Of a stretch of DNA of 64,000 bases, positions 60,829-64,000 are shown piece by piece. The position numbers were made by a program, and so were the translations under genes. The DNA is from Bacilli bacterium (lineage in GTDB: Bacteria; Bacillota_I; Bacilli_A; RFN20; CAG-826). Where the stretch lies: NCBI GenBank assembly GCA_041669265.1, contig JBAYBM010000004.1, positions 1,945-65,944 on the forward strand. The letters are read 5' to 3'. The notes below the pieces were generated by a model. The model was not told where the DNA came from. It did no database searches and was given only the letters and a program-made list of their open reading frames with translations. Every line of letters begins with the position of its first letter. Position 1 is the stretch's first letter.

Positions 60829-62386
60829 ACTTTCTTTCTTTGTTTTCTTTGTGATAAGAAAGAGTTTTATAAATGTTTTTCAATTTTGGATAAATCTTTG
60901 AATAAACATTATTAAATAAATATTTATATTCTTTAGCAGCGTCTTTATTAGGTACAAATGTTTTTAGATAACGAACCATATTTGATTTTGCTTCATTATC
61001 ATTTTTAAAAATACCCTGACTAATAAATTGAGACATAGCACAGCCTAAAGAAGAGGATTCATATGTTTCGCTTTTATAAATTGGCAGATTAAAAATATCG
61101 CTTGTTATTTGACATATAGCATCACTTTTACTACCGCCTCCAGCGATTGTTAAACTAGTAACTTTAACATGAGTTTTCTTTTCAATACCTAAAAGTCCTT
61201 CTTTTAATCCGTAAGCTATGCCTTCAATTATTGCTCTATAGATATGAAATTTAGTATGGGCATCATAAAAACCAATTACACTTCCTTTTGCTAAAGGTCT
61301 ATGTAATCCTGGTCCCCAATAAGGTTGCAAAACTAATCCATCAGAACCAGGAGGTATATCCATTAATTTTTTATTTAATATTTCTTCAACAGCCATATGT
61401 TCAATTTTTGCTTCTGTAGATTCTTTTTCTCCAAATTGTTTGGAAAACCAACCTAACATCCAATAACCACGATATATTTGTACTTCTGCGTTATAAAGAC
61501 CTTTATAACATGCTTTATAAGAAGGTAAAAATGGCTCAGGATTTATATATCTTTTTGTCACTACATCAACACAAGAAGCGGTTCCATAACTTATATGTGC
61601 ACATTTATTATCAATTGATCCACAGCCCAATACTTCGCAAGTTTTATCAGCACCGGTTGTGATATAGTTTAATCCTTCTGGAAATCCCGTTTCTAAAGAA
61701 CATTCTTTAGTAATAGTTCCAGCAACTTCTCCTATTTCAAAAATAGTAGGAATTTGTTCTGGTTCTACTCCAAATATTAAACCTTTCATAGCATTCTTTT
61801 TATATAATTTTCCAGTCTTGAAATTGATTGGAAAATGCCCAACCATGTTGGAAGAACAATCACCAAGTTTACCAAGTAATCTATAGTTTAAATAACAGTT
61901 AATTGGTGCATAATATCTTACTTTTTTCCATACTTCAGGCTCATTTTCTTGAACCCATAAAGCTGGTGTCCTTTTTCTGTTTAATTTAATAGCTTCATGC
62001 ATTCCAACTAAATCAAAAATAACACTATCTATTTTTGGTATTTTTCTTTCCAGTTTAGCTTGTCTTTGATCTAACCAAATTATTGCTGGCCTAACTTGTT
62101 TAAATTGATTATCTAAAAAAGCAACAGAATCCCTAAAACAAGTAGAAGAAATAGATATACATTTACTTAATAAATCTTTGTATTTTGATGTCAATCTTTT
62201 AGCACATTTACACATTGTGTTGTAATAATAATCCGCATCTTGTTCAGCATATCCAGGCCTTTTTGAAAAATATGGTTCATCGTACTTTTCTTGTTCAAAA
62301 CCTAAAAACTTACCTTCAGTATTGATAATACTTACTCGAACTGATTGTGTTCCATAATCAATTGCTATGACTAATTTATTGTTCAT
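60827..62386 (-). CDS. FGGY-family carbohydrate kinase
   Basis: 519 aa. N-terminus LVIAIDYGTQSVRVS and C-terminal GGGSKSD block typical of FGGY kinases. The substrate is not inferable. Confidence 0.85.
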   Translation of the reverse strand: MNNKLVIAIDYGTQSVRVSIINTEGKFLGFEQEKYDEPYFSKRPGYAEQDADYYYNTMCKCAKRLTSKYKDLLSKCISISSTCFRDSVAFLDNQFKQVRPAIIWLDQRQAKLERKIPKIDSVIFDLVGMHEAIKLNRKRTPALWVQENEPEVWKKVRYYAPINCYLNYRLLGKLGDCSSNMVGHFPINFKTGKLYKKNAMKGLIFGVEPEQIPTIFEIGEVAGTITKECSLETGFPEGLNYITTGADKTCEVLGCGSIDNKCAHISYGTASCVDVVTKRYINPEPFLPSYKACYKGLYNAEVQIYRGYWMLGWFSKQFGEKESTEAKIEHMAVEEILNKKLMDIPPGSDGLVLQPYWGPGLHRPLAKGSVIGFYDAHTKFHIYRAIIEGIAYGLKEGLLGIEKKTHVKVTSLTIAGGGSKSDAICQITSDIFNLPIYKSETYESSSLGCAMSQFISQGIFKNDNEAKSNMVRYLKTFVPNKDAAKEYKYLFNNVYSKIYPKLKNIYKTLSYHKENKERK

Positions 62387-62493
62387 ACTTTACTATTATA
62401 ATATAAAAGATAACTTTTTTGTTATAAAGCAAAAAATAAATGCTTTATTGGCCTTAGAAGTTTATAATTTATTAAATCAGGAGGTATCAAAAT

Positions 62494-63942
62494 ATGGATA
62501 ATCTAGAAGACAAAATTACTAGCGAACAACTTATCGATTTAGTAAATAATAAAAAATACCAAGAAATAAGAGATTTATTTGTTAAATATCCGGAAATTGA
62601 TATCGCTGAAATATGTAATGAAATTGATGATGTTACTATAATCATCACTATTTTTAGAGTTGTAAAAAGTGAATTTACAGCTGAACTATTCCACAACCTA
62701 GATCAAGACCATCAAGAAGCACTTATCAAAGCAATGACTGATAAAGATATTAATACATTAATTGGAGCAAGTGCTAATGATGATATAGTTGATTTTCTTG
62801 AGGATATGCCAGCAAATTTAGTAAAAAGAGTATTACAACAAACAACTAAAGATGATCGTGTTGTAATTAATAAGTTATTAAATTATAAAGAAAATACCGC
62901 TGGTTCAATAATGACCACTGAATATATTGAATTATTAGATACAACTCTAATCCAAGATGCAATTAGTCTCATTAGACAAAACGGAAAAGATGCAGAAACC
63001 ATTTACACTATTTTTTGTAAAGATATTAAACGTAACTTTTTAGGCACTGTTGACCTTGATGATTTAATTTTTGCTCAACCAACTCAAACATTAAATGAGA
63101 TTATGAATAAAGATTTCGTAACAGTTGATGTAAATACCGACCAAGAAGAAGTTGCACAAATAGTTAAAAGATACGATTTAAACGCAATCGCTGTTTTAAA
63201 TGATGATCATAAATTATCAGGAATCATTACTATTGATGATGTCGTTGATATTATTGATAAAGAAGCTACTGAAGATATTGCTTACCAAGCAGGTGTTTCT
63301 CCACTTCAAGAAAAATATTTAGAAACCCCAGTTTTTAAAATGGCTTTTAAATGTATACCTTGGTTAATGTTATTATTAGTTTTAGGTGTTTTTTCATCTA
63401 TGGTTTTATCAAGTTTCCAAAGCGCACTAGCACTCGTTCCAATATTAAGTGCTTTTATTCCTGCTGTTATGGATGCTGGAGGAAACGCAGGCAGTCAAAC
63501 TAGTTCTGTAATTGTTCGTTCGTTAGCTCTTAATGAATTTAAACCAAAAGATTTCTTTAAAGTCTTATGGAAAGAAGTAAGAATTGCTATAATTACAGCT
63601 TGTATTCTTGCTATTTTTGCTTATTGCTGGACATTAATTGAACAATATACTGGGTTAGTTTCCTATCATCCAGGATATACTGACGCAACAGGCGTATTTG
63701 TATATTATAAAGATTTTGATTTATTTATTGCTTATTCAAAAATTAGTGGGCTTGTTGGAATTACATTATTTACAACAATAATATTATCAAAAGTTATTGG
63801 TTGTATTTTGCCACTTATTGCAAAAGCAATTCATATTGATCCAGCACTAATGAGTGGACCATTTATTACTACAATAGTTGATGTTTGTAGTTTGTTATTA
63901 TATTTCTTTATCTGCGTAGATATATTTAAGATAGTAGGTTAG
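62494..63942 (+). CDS. mgtE: Magnesium transporter MgtE
   Basis: MgtE N-domain, a tandem CBS pair, and a TM domain with the DAGGNAGSQT motif. Confidence 0.92.
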   Translation: MDNLEDKITSEQLIDLVNNKKYQEIRDLFVKYPEIDIAEICNEIDDVTIIITIFRVVKSEFTAELFHNLDQDHQEALIKAMTDKDINTLIGASANDDIVDFLEDMPANLVKRVLQQTTKDDRVVINKLLNYKENTAGSIMTTEYIELLDTTLIQDAISLIRQNGKDAETIYTIFCKDIKRNFLGTVDLDDLIFAQPTQTLNEIMNKDFVTVDVNTDQEEVAQIVKRYDLNAIAVLNDDHKLSGIITIDDVVDIIDKEATEDIAYQAGVSPLQEKYLETPVFKMAFKCIPWLMLLLVLGVFSSMVLSSFQSALALVPILSAFIPAVMDAGGNAGSQTSSVIVRSLALNEFKPKDFFKVLWKEVRIAIITACILAIFAYCWTLIEQYTGLVSYHPGYTDATGVFVYYKDFDLFIAYSKISGLVGITLFTTIILSKVIGCILPLIAKAIHIDPALMSGPFITTIVDVCSLLLYFFICVDIFKIVG

Positions 63943-64000
63943 TTATTTTTTGAAAAAATAATGCTTTTTATTACTTTATAAGCAGTCAAACCATCATTGA

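Noticed and set aside
62387-62493. Expected M-box (Mg2+) riboswitch upstream of mgtE
   Set aside because: The spacer is only about 107 nt and AT-rich. It contains just a short AAAGCA/TGCTTT hairpin. It has no room for an M-box-sized aptamer, and I saw no M-box-like conserved sequence.

Overview
This is an AT-rich, densely coded chromosomal core segment with about 60 protein genes, mostly on the minus strand. It comes from a low-GC Bacillota or Mollicutes-related bacterium. Gene content and order are Bacillus-like: dnaX-ybaB-recR-tmk-holB-yaaT-rsmI; rpsF-ssb-rpsR-gdpP-rplI-dnaB-yycJ-rlmH; pth-mfd-yabO(rqcP)-tilS-ftsH-dusB-lysS; secA-prfB; prfA-prmC-tsaC-rpiB; comFA-comFC; uvrB. The genetic code is standard with UGA as stop, because prfB (RF2) is present and carries the classical +1 programmed frameshift. 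RNA features are one tmRNA (37504..37890, minus), one yybP-ykoY Mn2+ riboswitch ahead of mntP, and several hairpin plus T-run terminators. I saw no rRNA, tRNA, CRISPR array, IS element, integrase or recognisable defence genes. The only accessory-looking patch is about 33.0-39.5 kb around the tmRNA gene. No finding is a confident new system. The best candidates for undescribed biology are: (1) a degenerate ThyX-fold protein translationally coupled to folD (4402..5794); (2) a tightly coupled operon of a fused double-DUF1538 membrane protein with two different PII-like proteins (26157..28441); (3) a membrane-anchored tandem-HTH XRE regulator with a duplicated ectodomain, followed by an orphan structured RNA-like region next to the tmRNA gene (35219..37470). 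Secondary observations: two essential-type genes (comFA, mfd) whose conserved N-termini lie upstream of any ATG/GTG/TTG; an atypical tmRNA tag end; a variant TilS PP-loop; and a 90-aa insertion in an ABC exporter NBD. All protein calls rest on motif and family recognition by eye plus the supplied ORF track. No database search, covariance model or folding computation was possible.
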